Source: Candidatus Limnocylindria bacterium (lineage in GTDB: Bacteria; Chloroflexota; Limnocylindria; QHBO01). Taken from it: a stretch of 33,046 bases of DNA. The stretch lies in assembly GCA_039917415.1 (NCBI GenBank), contig JBDSJJ010000087.1, forward strand, positions 1-33,046. The letters run 5' to 3'. The stretch's first letter is position 1. Every line of letters begins with the position of its first letter. The notes under the pieces were generated by a model. The model was not told the DNA's origin. It was given only the letters and a program-made list of their open reading frames with translations, and searched no databases. Both the position numbers and the translations under genes were made by a program. This document shows, piece by piece, positions 9,254 to 18,059 of the stretch.

Positions 9254-10536
9254 TCGAGACGGCGATCACCGCGTTCCGTGCGCCGGATATCCGGCGCAAG
9301 GTCCTCTTCACGCTCGGGATCCTTCTGATCTTCCGGGCACTGACGAACGTGCCCATCCCGAACGTGAACACGGCGGCGCTCAGCGACCTGTTCACGAACA
9401 ACCCGCTGCTCTCGATCCTCAACATCTTCTCGGGCGGTGGGCTGGCGGCGGCCTCGGTCATCGGCCTCGGCGTCAACCCGTACATCAACTCCAGCATCGT
9501 CATGCAGCTGATGCGCGGCGTCATACCCGCGCTCGAGGAGCTGAGCCGCGAAGGCGAGTACGGCCGTAACAAGATCAACCAGTACACGCGCATGCTTACC
9601 GTGCCGTTCGCCTTCGCGCAGGGCTATGGCATCAGCGTCCTGCTGTCCGCGAACGGGGTCATCCCGGCCAATCCGTTGTTCAGCATCGAGACGCTCAGCC
9701 TGCTGCTCAGCTTCACGGCCGGCACGATCCTCCTGATGTGGCTCGGCGAGCTGATCAGCGAAAAGGGCCTGGGCAACGGCATCAGCTTCATCATCTTCGC
9801 GGGCATCGTCGGAAGCATCCCGCAGCAGGTCGGCCCGATTCTCAGCGGACCGGACTCGCTCGCCCGGCTCATCCCGTTCGTCATCGTGGCGGTGATCATC
9901 GTGGCCGCGGTCGTGTTCATCAACGAGGGCCAGCGGCGCATTCCGGTGCAATACGCGAGCCGCGTCCGCGGTCGTCGCATGTACCAGGGCCAGACGCAAT
10001 ACCTGCCGCTCAAGGTGACGATGGCAGGCGTGATCCCGATCATCTTCGCGGTGAGCATCCTCCTGTTCCCGGCGCAGATTGCCCAGTACTTCACCGCGAG
10101 CGACATCGGCTGGGTGCGCGATACCGCGAACTTCATCGCCACCAACCTCAACGGGCAGAACAACATCCCGCTGTACGGGTCGCTCTACTTCCTGCTCGTG
10201 GTGTTCTTCACCTACTTCTACACCGCGTTCCAGTTCCGGCCCGACCAGACGGCGGACTACCTGCGCAAGAACGGCGGGTTCATCCCGGGCATCCGGCCCG
10301 GCAAGCCAACGGAGGAGTTCCTGGGTCGGGTGACGAACCGCATCACGCTGGGCGGTGCGCTCTTCCTCGGGACGATCGCGGTGACCCCGTTCATCGTGTC
10401 CGCCTTCATTCCCGGCACCAGCAACCTCCAGCTCGGCGGGACGAGCATCCTCATCATGGTCAGCGTGGTGGTCGAGACGATGAAGCAGCTCGAGGCGCAG
10501 ATGATGATGCGCAACTACGAAGGCTTCATCCGGTGA
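9250..10536 (+). CDS. secY: Preprotein translocase subunit SecY
   Basis: 428 aa and polytopic, with SecY-typical blocks (LFTLGILLIFR, GLGVNPYINSSI, GNGISFIIFAGI). It starts at TTG overlapping the rplO stop, in the canonical position after rplO. Confidence 0.97.
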   Translation: MIETAITAFRAPDIRRKVLFTLGILLIFRALTNVPIPNVNTAALSDLFTNNPLLSILNIFSGGGLAAASVIGLGVNPYINSSIVMQLMRGVIPALEELSREGEYGRNKINQYTRMLTVPFAFAQGYGISVLLSANGVIPANPLFSIETLSLLLSFTAGTILLMWLGELISEKGLGNGISFIIFAGIVGSIPQQVGPILSGPDSLARLIPFVIVAVIIVAAVVFINEGQRRIPVQYASRVRGRRMYQGQTQYLPLKVTMAGVIPIIFAVSILLFPAQIAQYFTASDIGWVRDTANFIATNLNGQNNIPLYGSLYFLLVVFFTYFYTAFQFRPDQTADYLRKNGGFIPGIRPGKPTEEFLGRVTNRITLGGALFLGTIAVTPFIVSAFIPGTSNLQLGGTSILIMVSVVVETMKQLEAQMMMRNYEGFIR

Positions 10537-11228
10537 CGGATGAGCCCGTCGCGGACCGCGGCGCCGAGCGCCTGATCCTCCTGCTTGTCGGTGCCGTCGG
10601 CGCCGGCAAGGGGACCCAGGCCTCGATTCTGTCGCGCGAGCTGGGGCTCGTCCACCTGGCGTCCGGCAACCTGTTCCGGGCCGCACTGGCCGCCGGCAGC
10701 GAGCTGGGCGAGGCCGCCCGCGAGTACATGGAGGCGGGAGAGCTCGTGCCCGACGAGCTGACGATCGCCATGTTCATGGAGGAGCTGGCGCGTCCGGCCG
10801 CCGATGAAGGCGCGATTCTTGACGGATTTCCGCGAACCGTCGGGCAGGCGCGAGCGCTCGATGACACTCTCGCAGCGGCGGGCGAGCGGATTCGTCGGGT
10901 GCTGTATATCGAGGTGCCGACCGAGATCCTCGTGCGCCGTGTGGCCGGCCGTTGGGTCTGCCCGCAGTGCGGCACCCCGTACCACGAAGACACCGATCCT
11001 CCACGCGAGACCGGCCATTGTGACCGGGACGGCACCGCGCTTCGTCAGCGCGACGACGACCGCCCGGAGGTCGTCCGTGCCCGACTCGACAAGCAGGTTC
11101 CGCCGATGCTCGCCGTGGTCGAACACTACGAGCGCGCCGGAATCGTCGAGCGGCTCGACGGCACGCAGGCAATCGAGAGGGTGACCGATGCGATTCTCTC
11201 GAGCATCGGCAGCCGATCCGCGACATGA
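10533..11228 (+). CDS. adk: Adenylate kinase (Cys3-Asp zinc lid)
   Basis: GTG 10533 overlaps the secY stop (GTGA). The track ORF starting at 9738 is a 5'-extended shadow inside secY. The product has the P-loop GAVGAGKGTQ and the lid CPQCG...CDRDG. Confidence 0.95.
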   Translation: MTDEPVADRGAERLILLLVGAVGAGKGTQASILSRELGLVHLASGNLFRAALAAGSELGEAAREYMEAGELVPDELTIAMFMEELARPAADEGAILDGFPRTVGQARALDDTLAAAGERIRRVLYIEVPTEILVRRVAGRWVCPQCGTPYHEDTDPPRETGHCDRDGTALRQRDDDRPEVVRARLDKQVPPMLAVVEHYERAGIVERLDGTQAIERVTDAILSSIGSRSAT

Positions 11229-11232
11229 CGCC

Positions 11233-12015
11233 ATGAGCATGCGCACCCCCGGCGCCGTCACGATCAAGCGCCCTTCGGAGATCGACCGCATGCGCGGTGC
11301 CGGCGTGATCCTGGCCAGCATTCTCGACGTCCTTCGCGCCGAGCTGCGCGCCGGCATCACCACCGGCGACCTCGACCTCATCGCCGAGCGGATGATCCGC
11401 GACGCCGGCGCGATCCCATCGTTCAAGGGCTACGGCGCGAACCCGCCGTTTCCCGGCTCGATCTGCGCCAGCGTCAATGATGAGGTGGTGCACGGCATCC
11501 CGTCGCTCCGCCGGCGAGTGGCGGACGGGGACATCGTCAGCATCGACATCGGATGCATCCTTGACGGCTGGCATGCGGACTGCGCCAGAACCTGGGTCGT
11601 CGGCACCGTTCCGCGCGAGGTCAGCGACCTGGTCGACGCCACCCGGCGCGGGATGGAGGCCGGCATCGCGGCGGCCCGTCCGGGGCAGCGGCTTGGGGAT
11701 ATCGGCCACGCGATCGAGTCGGTGGCGCGCGAGCACGGCTACGGCATCGTGCGGCCGTTCGTGGGCCATGGGATCGGTCGCTCGATGCACGAGGACCCGC
11801 AGGTGCCGAACTACGGCACGCCGGGAATCGGGCTCCAGATCGAAGCCGGCATGTGCTTCGCCATCGAGCCGATGTTCACCATGGGCGGGGACGACGTGTT
11901 CGTGGCCGATGACAATTGGACGGTCCGCACCTCGGACGGGAGCCTCTCGGCCCACTTCGAGAACACGATCGCGGTAACCGACGCGGGTCCCGAAGTTCTC
12001 ACGGAGCTGCCATGA
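11233..12015 (+). CDS. map: Type I methionine aminopeptidase
   Basis: ATG 11233 lies 4 nt after the adk stop; the track start at 11188 would overlap adk. MetAP blocks are present (VNDEVVHGIP, DIVSIDIG, HGIGRSMHE, FAIEPM, SAHFENT). Confidence 0.95.
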   Translation: MSMRTPGAVTIKRPSEIDRMRGAGVILASILDVLRAELRAGITTGDLDLIAERMIRDAGAIPSFKGYGANPPFPGSICASVNDEVVHGIPSLRRRVADGDIVSIDIGCILDGWHADCARTWVVGTVPREVSDLVDATRRGMEAGIAAARPGQRLGDIGHAIESVAREHGYGIVRPFVGHGIGRSMHEDPQVPNYGTPGIGLQIEAGMCFAIEPMFTMGGDDVFVADDNWTVRTSDGSLSAHFENTIAVTDAGPEVLTELP

Positions 12016-12021
12016 CCCTCC

Positions 12022-12051
12022 TTGAACGACCCGGCTGGGGTGATGTATACT
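12022..12051 (+). promoter_or_regulatory. Putative sigma-70-type promoter for infA-rpmJ-rpsM...
   Basis: TTGAAC (12022-12027), an 18-nt spacer, then TATACT (12046-12051), inside the 125-nt map-infA gap. This implies a leader of roughly 80-90 nt. Confidence 0.4.
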
Positions 12052-12140
12052 CTGGGTTCCGTGGGTCGCCCTATGCGGCGGCCTTTCCGTGTGTCAGTCA
12101 CATTCCAATGATTCAACGCTGAACCGAGGGTGCGTGTCGC

Positions 12141-12359
12141 TTGCCAAAGAAGGATGCCATTGAGGTCGAGGGAGAGGTCGTTCTTCCCTTACCGAACGCG
12201 ATGTTCAAGGTGCGCCTGGAGAACGGGCACGAAGTGCTCGCACACATCTCCGGGAAGCTGCGCCAGAACTTCATCCGCATCCTACCCGGCGACACCGTCC
12301 GAGTTGAGCTTTCCCCGTACGACCTCACCCGGGGTCGCATCACGTACAGGATGAGATGA
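12141..12359 (+). CDS. infA: Translation initiation factor IF-1
   Basis: 72 aa with a TTG start and the sequence [39 protein letters not shown]. Confidence 0.97.
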   Translation: MPKKDAIEVEGEVVLPLPNAMFKVRLENGHEVLAHISGKLRQNFIRILPGDTVRVELSPYDLTRGRITYRMR

Positions 12360-12469
12360 AAGTTTCTGCATCCGTGAAGCCGCGCTGCGAGCGCTGCAAG
12401 GTCATCAAGCGCTCCGGTGTGGTGATGGTCATCTGCGTCATTCCCAAGCACAAGCAGCGGCAGGGCTAG
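12356..12469 (+). CDS. rpmJ: 50S ribosomal protein L36 (zinc-binding C3H form)
   Basis: Not in the ORF track because it is too short. Manual translation gives [37 protein letters not shown]. The start forms an ATGA overlap with the infA stop, and the TAG stop is at 12467-12469. Confidence 0.95.
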   Translation: MKVSASVKPRCERCKVIKRSGVVMVICVIPKHKQRQG

Positions 12470-12476
12470 GAGGATC

Positions 12477-12848
12477 GTGGCACGTATCTCCGGCGTCGAC
12501 CTTCCCCGCGAGAAGCGGGTGATCATCGGCCTCACCTACATCCACGGCATCGGTTCGACCTCGGCGAGCAAGGTCATCGGCGCGGCGAACGTGTCTCCGG
12601 ACACGCGCGTCCGTGACCTCAGCGAGGAGGAGGTCAACCGCCTCCGCGAGGTGATCGACCGACAGTTCAAGGTCGAGGGCGACCTTCGCCGCGAAGTCAG
12701 CCTCAACGTCAAGCGCCTGATGGAGATCGGCTCCTACCGTGGGCTGCGCCACCGGCGCAATCTGCCGGTCCGCGGGCAGCGAACCAAGACCAATGCGCGG
12801 CAGCGCCGAGGTCCGAAGAAGACCGTCGGCATCCGCCGCAAGAAGTAA
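12477..12848 (+). CDS. rpsM: 30S ribosomal protein S13
   Basis: 123 aa with a GTG start and [15 protein letters not shown]. Confidence 0.97.
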   Translation: MARISGVDLPREKRVIIGLTYIHGIGSTSASKVIGAANVSPDTRVRDLSEEEVNRLREVIDRQFKVEGDLRREVSLNVKRLMEIGSYRGLRHRRNLPVRGQRTKTNARQRRGPKKTVGIRRKK

Positions 12849-12858
12849 CGGGAGTTCC

Positions 12859-13254
12859 ATGGCAGAGCGTAAGCGCGCTCAGCGCGGCAAGAAGCGCGAG
12901 CGAAAGAACGTGCCGACGGGGCACGCGCATATCCAGTCGACGTTCAACAACACGATCGTGACGATCACCGACACGACCGGCAACGTCATCAGCTGGGGCA
13001 GCGCGGGCCTGGTCGGCTTCAAGGGCTCCCGCAAGAGCACGCCGTACGCGGCCGCCCAGACGGCGGACATCGCTGCAAAGCGCGCGATGGAGAACGGCAT
13101 GCGCCAGATCGAGGTCTTCGTGAAGGGACCCGGTGGTGGCCGAGAGCAGGCGATTCGCTCGCTCCAGACCGCCGGCCTCGAGGTGACCGCCATCACGGAC
13201 GTCACTCCCATTCCGCACAACGGCTGCCGCCCGCCCAAGCGGCGCCGGGTCTGA
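12859..13254 (+). CDS. rpsK: 30S ribosomal protein S11
   Basis: ATG 12859 lies 10 nt after the rpsM stop; the track start at 12739 overlaps rpsM. The product is 131 aa with [18 protein letters not shown] and [13 protein letters not shown]. Confidence 0.97.
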   Translation: MAERKRAQRGKKRERKNVPTGHAHIQSTFNNTIVTITDTTGNVISWGSAGLVGFKGSRKSTPYAAAQTADIAAKRAMENGMRQIEVFVKGPGGGREQAIRSLQTAGLEVTAITDVTPIPHNGCRPPKRRRV

Positions 13255-13270
13255 GAGGGGACTGAACGAT

Positions 13271-13897
13271 ATGGCACGTTACAACGACGCGGTCTGCCGC
13301 ATCTGCCGCCGGGAGGGGCTCAAGCTCTTCCTGAAGGGCAGCCGATGCTACAGCCGCAAGTGCGCCTTCGAGCGCCGCAGCACGCCGCCGGGCATGAACA
13401 CCATGCGCCGCCGCAAGGTCAGCGAGTACGGCCTTCAGCTTCGCGAGAAGCAGAAGGTCCGCAAGAGCTACTCCGTACTCGAGCGCCAGTTCCGCAACTA
13501 CTTTGAGAAGGCGGAGCAGCACAACGGTGTCACCGGAGAGAACTTGCTGCGCCTGCTCGAGATGCGCCTCGACAACGTCGTTTTCCGGATGGGCTTCGCC
13601 TCGAGCCGCGCACAGGCGCGCCAGCTCGTCAGCCACGGCCATTTCGCGGTGAACGGGCGACCCACCAACGTTCCGAGTTTCGGCGTCAAGGTCGGTGACG
13701 GGGTCGAGGTGCGGGACAGCCGTCGGAGTCGCGAGTACTTCAAGATCGCACCCGAGACGATGAAGTCGGCACAGGTCCCCGAATGGGTGAGCGCCGACCC
13801 ATCGAAGCTGTCCGGAACCGTTCTCGCCGAACCGGCGCGCGAGCAGATGCCGCTCGAATTCAACGAGCAGCTCGTCGTCGAGTACTACTCGCGCTAG
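13271..13897 (+). CDS. rpsD: 30S ribosomal protein S4 (N-terminal Cys4 cluster)
   Basis: 208 aa with [16 protein letters not shown]...CYSRKC. An S4 domain follows. Confidence 0.97.
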   Translation: MARYNDAVCRICRREGLKLFLKGSRCYSRKCAFERRSTPPGMNTMRRRKVSEYGLQLREKQKVRKSYSVLERQFRNYFEKAEQHNGVTGENLLRLLEMRLDNVVFRMGFASSRAQARQLVSHGHFAVNGRPTNVPSFGVKVGDGVEVRDSRRSREYFKIAPETMKSAQVPEWVSADPSKLSGTVLAEPAREQMPLEFNEQLVVEYYSR

Positions 13898-13913
13898 GAG
13901 CCTGATCCTTTCC

Positions 13914-14951
13914 ATGATTGAACTTGAAACCCCCCTTCAGCCCGAGGCGCCCGACCCGCACATCGATGAGGTGCACGCCGAGGGCAACATGAGCCGCTTC
14001 GAGGTCACCCCCCTCCAAGAGGGATACGGGATGACGCTCGGCAACGGCCTGCGTCGCGTACTGCTCAGCTCGCTCGAGGGCGCCGCCGTCACCAGCGTGC
14101 AGATCAACGGCGTCTTCCACGAGTTCAGCACGATCGAGAACGTCAAGGAGGACGTCACCCAGATCGTGCTGAACGTGAAGAAGCTTCGACTGCGCTCGTT
14201 CGCGCACCATCCGGTCACGCTCAAGCTCGTGAAGCGCGGCGCCGGGCCGGTCACGGCGTCCGACATCACCGAGTCGGCCGACGTGGAGATCGTCAACCCG
14301 GAGCTCGTGCTGCTCACCCTCGACTCGGACGCCGGCGCGATCGAGATGGACCTGACCGTCGAGACCGGGATGGGCTATCACCCCGCGGAGCACACCGAGG
14401 ACATGCCGATCGGCGTGGTGCCGGTTGACGCCATCTTCTCCCCGGTGCGCCGCGTGAACTACCAGGTCGAGAAGACTCGAGTCGGCCAGATGACCAACTA
14501 CGACAAGCTGACGATCGAGATCGAGACCGATGGCACGACGACCGCGCAGTCGGCGTTGAACCAGGCGGCCGAGATTCTCGTCCGCGAGTTCAACCGGTTC
14601 ACCGAGATCGGACGACCCTCGGCCGCGGGAGCCGAGGCCGCGGCGCCGTCGGCGCCCAGTGCCAATCTGCTGGACGCGCCCATCGAGGAGCTCGACCTGC
14701 CGATGCGGGCCTACAACAGCCTCAAGCGCAACAGCATCACGAAGATCGGCCAGGTCCTGTCGCTCAGCGATGACGAGTTCCTGCGCATGCGCAACTTCGG
14801 CCAGAAGAGTCTGGACGAGCTCAAGGAACGGCTCGCCCTGCGCGGCTTCATTGCACCCGAGGCAACGGCCATGAGCAGCGACGAGTCGGACCTGCCGGCA
14901 TCGGCCGAGCTGGACGAGGCCGCCGCCGCCGAGCTGGACCGGGAGTCCTAG
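13914..14951 (+). CDS. rpoA: DNA-directed RNA polymerase subunit alpha
   Basis: 345 aa with an N-terminal domain (GMTLGNGLRRVLLSS) and a C-terminal domain (LDLPMRAYNSLKRNSITKIGQV...NFGQKSLDE). Confidence 0.97.
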   Translation: MIELETPLQPEAPDPHIDEVHAEGNMSRFEVTPLQEGYGMTLGNGLRRVLLSSLEGAAVTSVQINGVFHEFSTIENVKEDVTQIVLNVKKLRLRSFAHHPVTLKLVKRGAGPVTASDITESADVEIVNPELVLLTLDSDAGAIEMDLTVETGMGYHPAEHTEDMPIGVVPVDAIFSPVRRVNYQVEKTRVGQMTNYDKLTIEIETDGTTTAQSALNQAAEILVREFNRFTEIGRPSAAGAEAAAPSAPSANLLDAPIEELDLPMRAYNSLKRNSITKIGQVLSLSDDEFLRMRNFGQKSLDELKERLALRGFIAPEATAMSSDESDLPASAELDEAAAAELDRES

Positions 14952-14955
14952 ACCG

Positions 14956-15309
14956 ATGCCGCACCGGATCGCCGGGCGCAAGCTCAGCCGAACGCACGCG
15001 CATCGCGTCTCGATGCTCGGCAATTTGGCCGTGGCGATCATCCGCTACGAGAAGGTCAAGACCACCGAGGCCAAGGCCAAGGAAGTCCGAGGCATGGTGG
15101 ACGGGATGATCACGCTGGCGAAGCGGGGCGACCTCCACGCGCGCCGTCAGCTTGTCAGCAAGATGCCCCACGAGCCGCTCATCGTCGAGAAGCTCATGTC
15201 CGAGCTGGCCGAGAAGTACGCTGACCGAACGTCGGGCTACACCCGCATCGTCAAGCTGGGACAGCGTCTGGGTGACTCTGCCTTGATGGTCCAGATCGAG
15301 CTCGTCTGA
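14956..15309 (+). CDS. rplQ: 50S ribosomal protein L17
   Basis: 117 aa with MPHRIAGRKLSRTHAHR and GYTRIVKLGQRLGD. Confidence 0.97.
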   Translation: MPHRIAGRKLSRTHAHRVSMLGNLAVAIIRYEKVKTTEAKAKEVRGMVDGMITLAKRGDLHARRQLVSKMPHEPLIVEKLMSELAEKYADRTSGYTRIVKLGQRLGDSALMVQIELV

Positions 15310-15331
15310 GGACGGGCGATTCAATACGGTC

Positions 15332-16186
15332 GTGCCGATGACCGCCGATGCGCAACGTGTGCTGCGGGCGGTCGTCGAGTACGACGGAACGGCCTTCGCC
15401 GGCTCGCAGGTTCAGCAACGTGCTCGGACCGTGCAGGGGGAGCTGGAGAAGGCGCTTAACAGGCTGATCGGCGAGCGGACCGAGGTCCACCTCGCCGGGC
15501 GAACCGATGCCGGGGTGCATGCCACCGGTCAGGTCTTGGCGTTCTCGTGTCCGCGGGATCTCCCGCGAGGCTTGGGGCTGCCAGAGCTGCAGCGACGGCT
15601 GAACGCCACGCTGCCGCGTGACCTGGCGATCCGAGGGTTGCGGTCGGCCCGCGCCGGCTTCGATCCGCGACGAGAGGCGCGCAGGCGCGTCTATCGCTAT
15701 CGGATCCGCACGAACGGGGCGAAGAACCCGCTCGAGCGGCATCGGACGCTGGAGATCGACGAAATCCTCGACGTCGCCGCCATGCAGGCGGCGGCGGACC
15801 GGATGGTGGGGAAGCGCGACTTTGCCGCGCTGGGTGCCGACGCTCGAGGACAGACGGTGCGCACCATCGTCGACCTCGAGGTTCGCCGGCGCGGAGCGCT
15901 CGTCGAGGTTCGGGTGACGGCGAACGCGTTCCTGAGACGGATGGTCCGCAGCATCGTCGCTCTCCTCATCGAGATCGGGAGAGGTCGCGCGGACCCGCCC
16001 TCGGTGGATGCCATTCTCGCCGGAGGCGCCCGCGCGCTCCACGGGCGAGTGGCGCCGCCGCACGGGCTGACGCTCGAGCGGGTCATCTACGATCGGCCAC
16101 GAAAATTGAACACTGAACGCTCATCGGCCCGACGTGGGACGATGGTCTTGAACCGAACGAACAAGTCGGAGAGCTCAACAACGTGA
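15332..16186 (+). CDS. truA: tRNA pseudouridine(38-40) synthase TruA
   Basis: 284 aa with [14 protein letters not shown] and the catalytic-Asp block [16 protein letters not shown]. The start is GTG 15332 or ATG 15338. The last ~30 aa form an atypical tail overlapping the rplM start (GTGA). Confidence 0.92.
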   Translation: MPMTADAQRVLRAVVEYDGTAFAGSQVQQRARTVQGELEKALNRLIGERTEVHLAGRTDAGVHATGQVLAFSCPRDLPRGLGLPELQRRLNATLPRDLAIRGLRSARAGFDPRREARRRVYRYRIRTNGAKNPLERHRTLEIDEILDVAAMQAAADRMVGKRDFAALGADARGQTVRTIVDLEVRRRGALVEVRVTANAFLRRMVRSIVALLIEIGRGRADPPSVDAILAGGARALHGRVAPPHGLTLERVIYDRPRKLNTERSSARRGTMVLNRTNKSESSTT

Positions 16187-16611
16187 AAACCTACGCCGTC
16201 AAGGCGAGCGAGATCGAGCGCAGCTGGTGGGTCGTCGACGCGACCGGCCAGACTCTTGGCAGGCTGGCGACCCGCATCGCCACGCTGCTCGAGGGCAAGC
16301 ACAAGCCGATCTACACGCCGCACCTCGACACGGGTGACCACGTCGTCGTCCTCAATGCGCGGAAGATCAAGGTCACCGGTGACAAGCTGCGCCAGAAGAG
16401 CTACTTCCGCCATTCGAACTACCCGGGAGGACTGCGTGAGGAGACGCTCGGGACGCTCCTCGAGCGCAAGCCCGAGCTCGTCATCGAGCGCGCGGTCAAG
16501 GGCATGCTGCCCCAGAACCGGCTGGGGCGGGCGATGTTCAAGAAGCTGAAGGTCTACAGCGGCGCGGATCATCCGCACCAGGCTCAGCAGCCCACCGCTG
16601 TCGAGCTGTAA
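16183..16611 (+). CDS. rplM: 50S ribosomal protein L13
   Basis: 142 aa with a GTG start and [34 protein letters not shown] lies 9 nt upstream. Confidence 0.97.
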   Translation: MKTYAVKASEIERSWWVVDATGQTLGRLATRIATLLEGKHKPIYTPHLDTGDHVVVLNARKIKVTGDKLRQKSYFRHSNYPGGLREETLGTLLERKPELVIERAVKGMLPQNRLGRAMFKKLKVYSGADHPHQAQQPTAVEL

Positions 16612-16627
16612 GAGAGAGGACGATCCC

Positions 16628-17020
16628 GTGAGCACGAATTATGTCTACGGCACCGGCCGGCGCAAGACCTCGGTCGCCCGCGTGCGCCTGCTTCCCGGTG
16701 ACGGGAGCATCGTCGTCAACGGCAAGACCGTCGATGACTACTTCGGTGGCGTGGCACGCGACGGCGGCATGCTGCTCCCGTTTCGGGTGACCGAGACCGA
16801 GGGTCGCTACTCCGTCAGCGTCCTCGTCGCCGGTGGCGGCGTGTCGGGGCAGATCGGTGCCATCCGTCACGGCATCGCCCGCGCACTGCTGCGCGCGCAT
16901 CCGGACGCCCGCGCCGCGTTGCGCGGAGCCGGTCTGCTGACCCGAGATCCGCGAGCCAAGGAGCGCAAGAAGTTCGGCCTCAAGCGAGCCCGCAAGGCGC
17001 CCCAGTACACCAAGCGCTAG
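16628..17020 (+). CDS. rpsI: 30S ribosomal protein S9
   Basis: 130 aa with a GTG start, [14 protein letters not shown] and a C-terminal [12 protein letters not shown]. Confidence 0.97.
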   Translation: MSTNYVYGTGRRKTSVARVRLLPGDGSIVVNGKTVDDYFGGVARDGGMLLPFRVTETEGRYSVSVLVAGGGVSGQIGAIRHGIARALLRAHPDARAALRGAGLLTRDPRAKERKKFGLKRARKAPQYTKR

Positions 17021-17040
17021 CCACGAGCCCGATCGAACGT

Positions 17041-17074
17041 CAAAGCGCCCCGGCGGATTCGCCGGGGCGCTTTG
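17041..17074 (+). terminator. Hairpin terminator downstream of rpsI
   Basis: A perfect inverted repeat, CAAAGCGCCCCGGC (17041-17054) and GCCGGGGCGCTTTG (17061-17074), flanks the loop GGATTC. The 3' arm ends in TTT, but no long U-run follows. Confidence 0.6.
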
Positions 17075-17081
17075 GTATCAT
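17073..17081 (+). promoter_or_regulatory. Possible extended -10 element (TGgTATCAT) for cdaA
   Basis: TG at 17073-17074, then one nt, then TATCAT at 17076-17081, abutting the 3' arm of the terminator. I saw no convincing -35. Confidence 0.3.
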
Positions 17082-17122
17082 CCGAGCCTCCGCCACACAG
17101 CAACGCAGGCCATACTGCCCTC

Positions 17123-18058
17123 GTGATCGACGCGCTCCGCGAATTCTTCACGACCTATCTCCGTGGCAGCTGGACGTCGATCGTCGACATCGGGCTGGTG
17201 GCGATCGTCATCTACTGGCTGTTCATCCTGATCCGTGGCACTCGAGCGGTGCGCATCGTGATCGGCCTCTCGATCCTGTACCTCGTCTACCTGGCCGCGT
17301 TGTTGTTCGGCTTCGACCTGCTGCGAAGCCTCATGGAGACCGCCGCCGTGGTCGGCCTCTTCGCGGTGGTGGTGGTGTTCCAGCCTGAGCTGAGGCGCGG
17401 GCTCGAGCAGATCGGTCGCATCGGGTCGGTCAACCGGTTCTTCGTGAGCACCGAAGTCGCCAGTGCCGAGCGCGTTGCGCGCGAGATCAGCCGCGCATCT
17501 CGGATCCTGGCCGGATCGCGCCATGGAGCGCTGATCGTGCTCGAGCGCGAGACGGGCCTCCAGGACCTTGCCACCGAGTCAGGCGTGCCGGTCCACGCCG
17601 ACCTGCGTGCCGAGCTGCTCGTCACGATCTTCTATCGCGGGACCGCCCTGCACGACGGCGCGGTCGTGATCTCCGGTGAGAAGATCAGTTCGGCCGGCGT
17701 CCTGCTTCCGCTGAGCCAGAACGTCGTCGACTCCGAGCGCTACGGGACGCGGCACCGAGCGGCCATCGGCATCAGCGAGCAGACCGACGCCGTGGTCGTG
17801 GTGGTCAGCGAGGAGACCGGGTCGATCTCGCTCGTGGTGCGCGGTCGGATCGAGCGCAATCTCACCGAGGAACACCTGCGACGGCGGATCTTCAATCTCA
17901 TTCGGCCGCAGGCGCCGCGTCGCGCCGTGCCCTTCCTGCGCCGCTCGATCGAGGGCCGGTGGCAGATTGGCCAGGACGCGAGCGACGGCGACGAGCCGAT
18001 CGATCCCGATGCGCGCGTGGTCCCGACGGCGTCCGACGGCCCCACGGTGAGCCGCTGA
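17123..18058 (+). CDS. cdaA: Diadenylate cyclase CdaA (membrane-anchored DAC domain)
   Basis: An N-terminal hydrophobic region (IVDIGLVAIVIYWLFILIRGTRAV...) is followed by a DAC domain (TALHDGAVVI, GTRHRAAIGISEQTDAVVVVVSEETG). The track start at TTG 17072 lies inside the terminator hairpin. GTG 17123 is the next in-frame start. Confidence 0.88.
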   Translation: MIDALREFFTTYLRGSWTSIVDIGLVAIVIYWLFILIRGTRAVRIVIGLSILYLVYLAALLFGFDLLRSLMETAAVVGLFAVVVVFQPELRRGLEQIGRIGSVNRFFVSTEVASAERVAREISRASRILAGSRHGALIVLERETGLQDLATESGVPVHADLRAELLVTIFYRGTALHDGAVVISGEKISSAGVLLPLSQNVVDSERYGTRHRAAIGISEQTDAVVVVVSEETGSISLVVRGRIERNLTEEHLRRRIFNLIRPQAPRRAVPFLRRSIEGRWQIGQDASDGDEPIDPDARVVPTASDGPTVSR

Positions 18059-18059
18059 C

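Noticed and set aside
8548-10686. A 712-aa ORF on the minus strand, antisense to rplO and secY. It is one of several similar long antisense ORFs (7694-8965, 10774-11955, 13860-15041, 19557-20690, 20551-21897, 22460-24280 and 24419-24952, among others).
   Set aside because: These lie exactly opposite well-supported conserved genes. They have Arg/Asp/Glu/His/Pro-rich compositions with no recognisable motifs. They are the expected stop-codon-poor shadow frames of a GC-rich genome.
17072-17122. TTG 17072 as the cdaA start codon.
   Set aside because: It lies inside the 3' arm of the rpsI terminator hairpin and upstream of the candidate -10 element. GTG 17123 leaves a normal-length cytoplasmic N-terminus before the first CdaA transmembrane helix.
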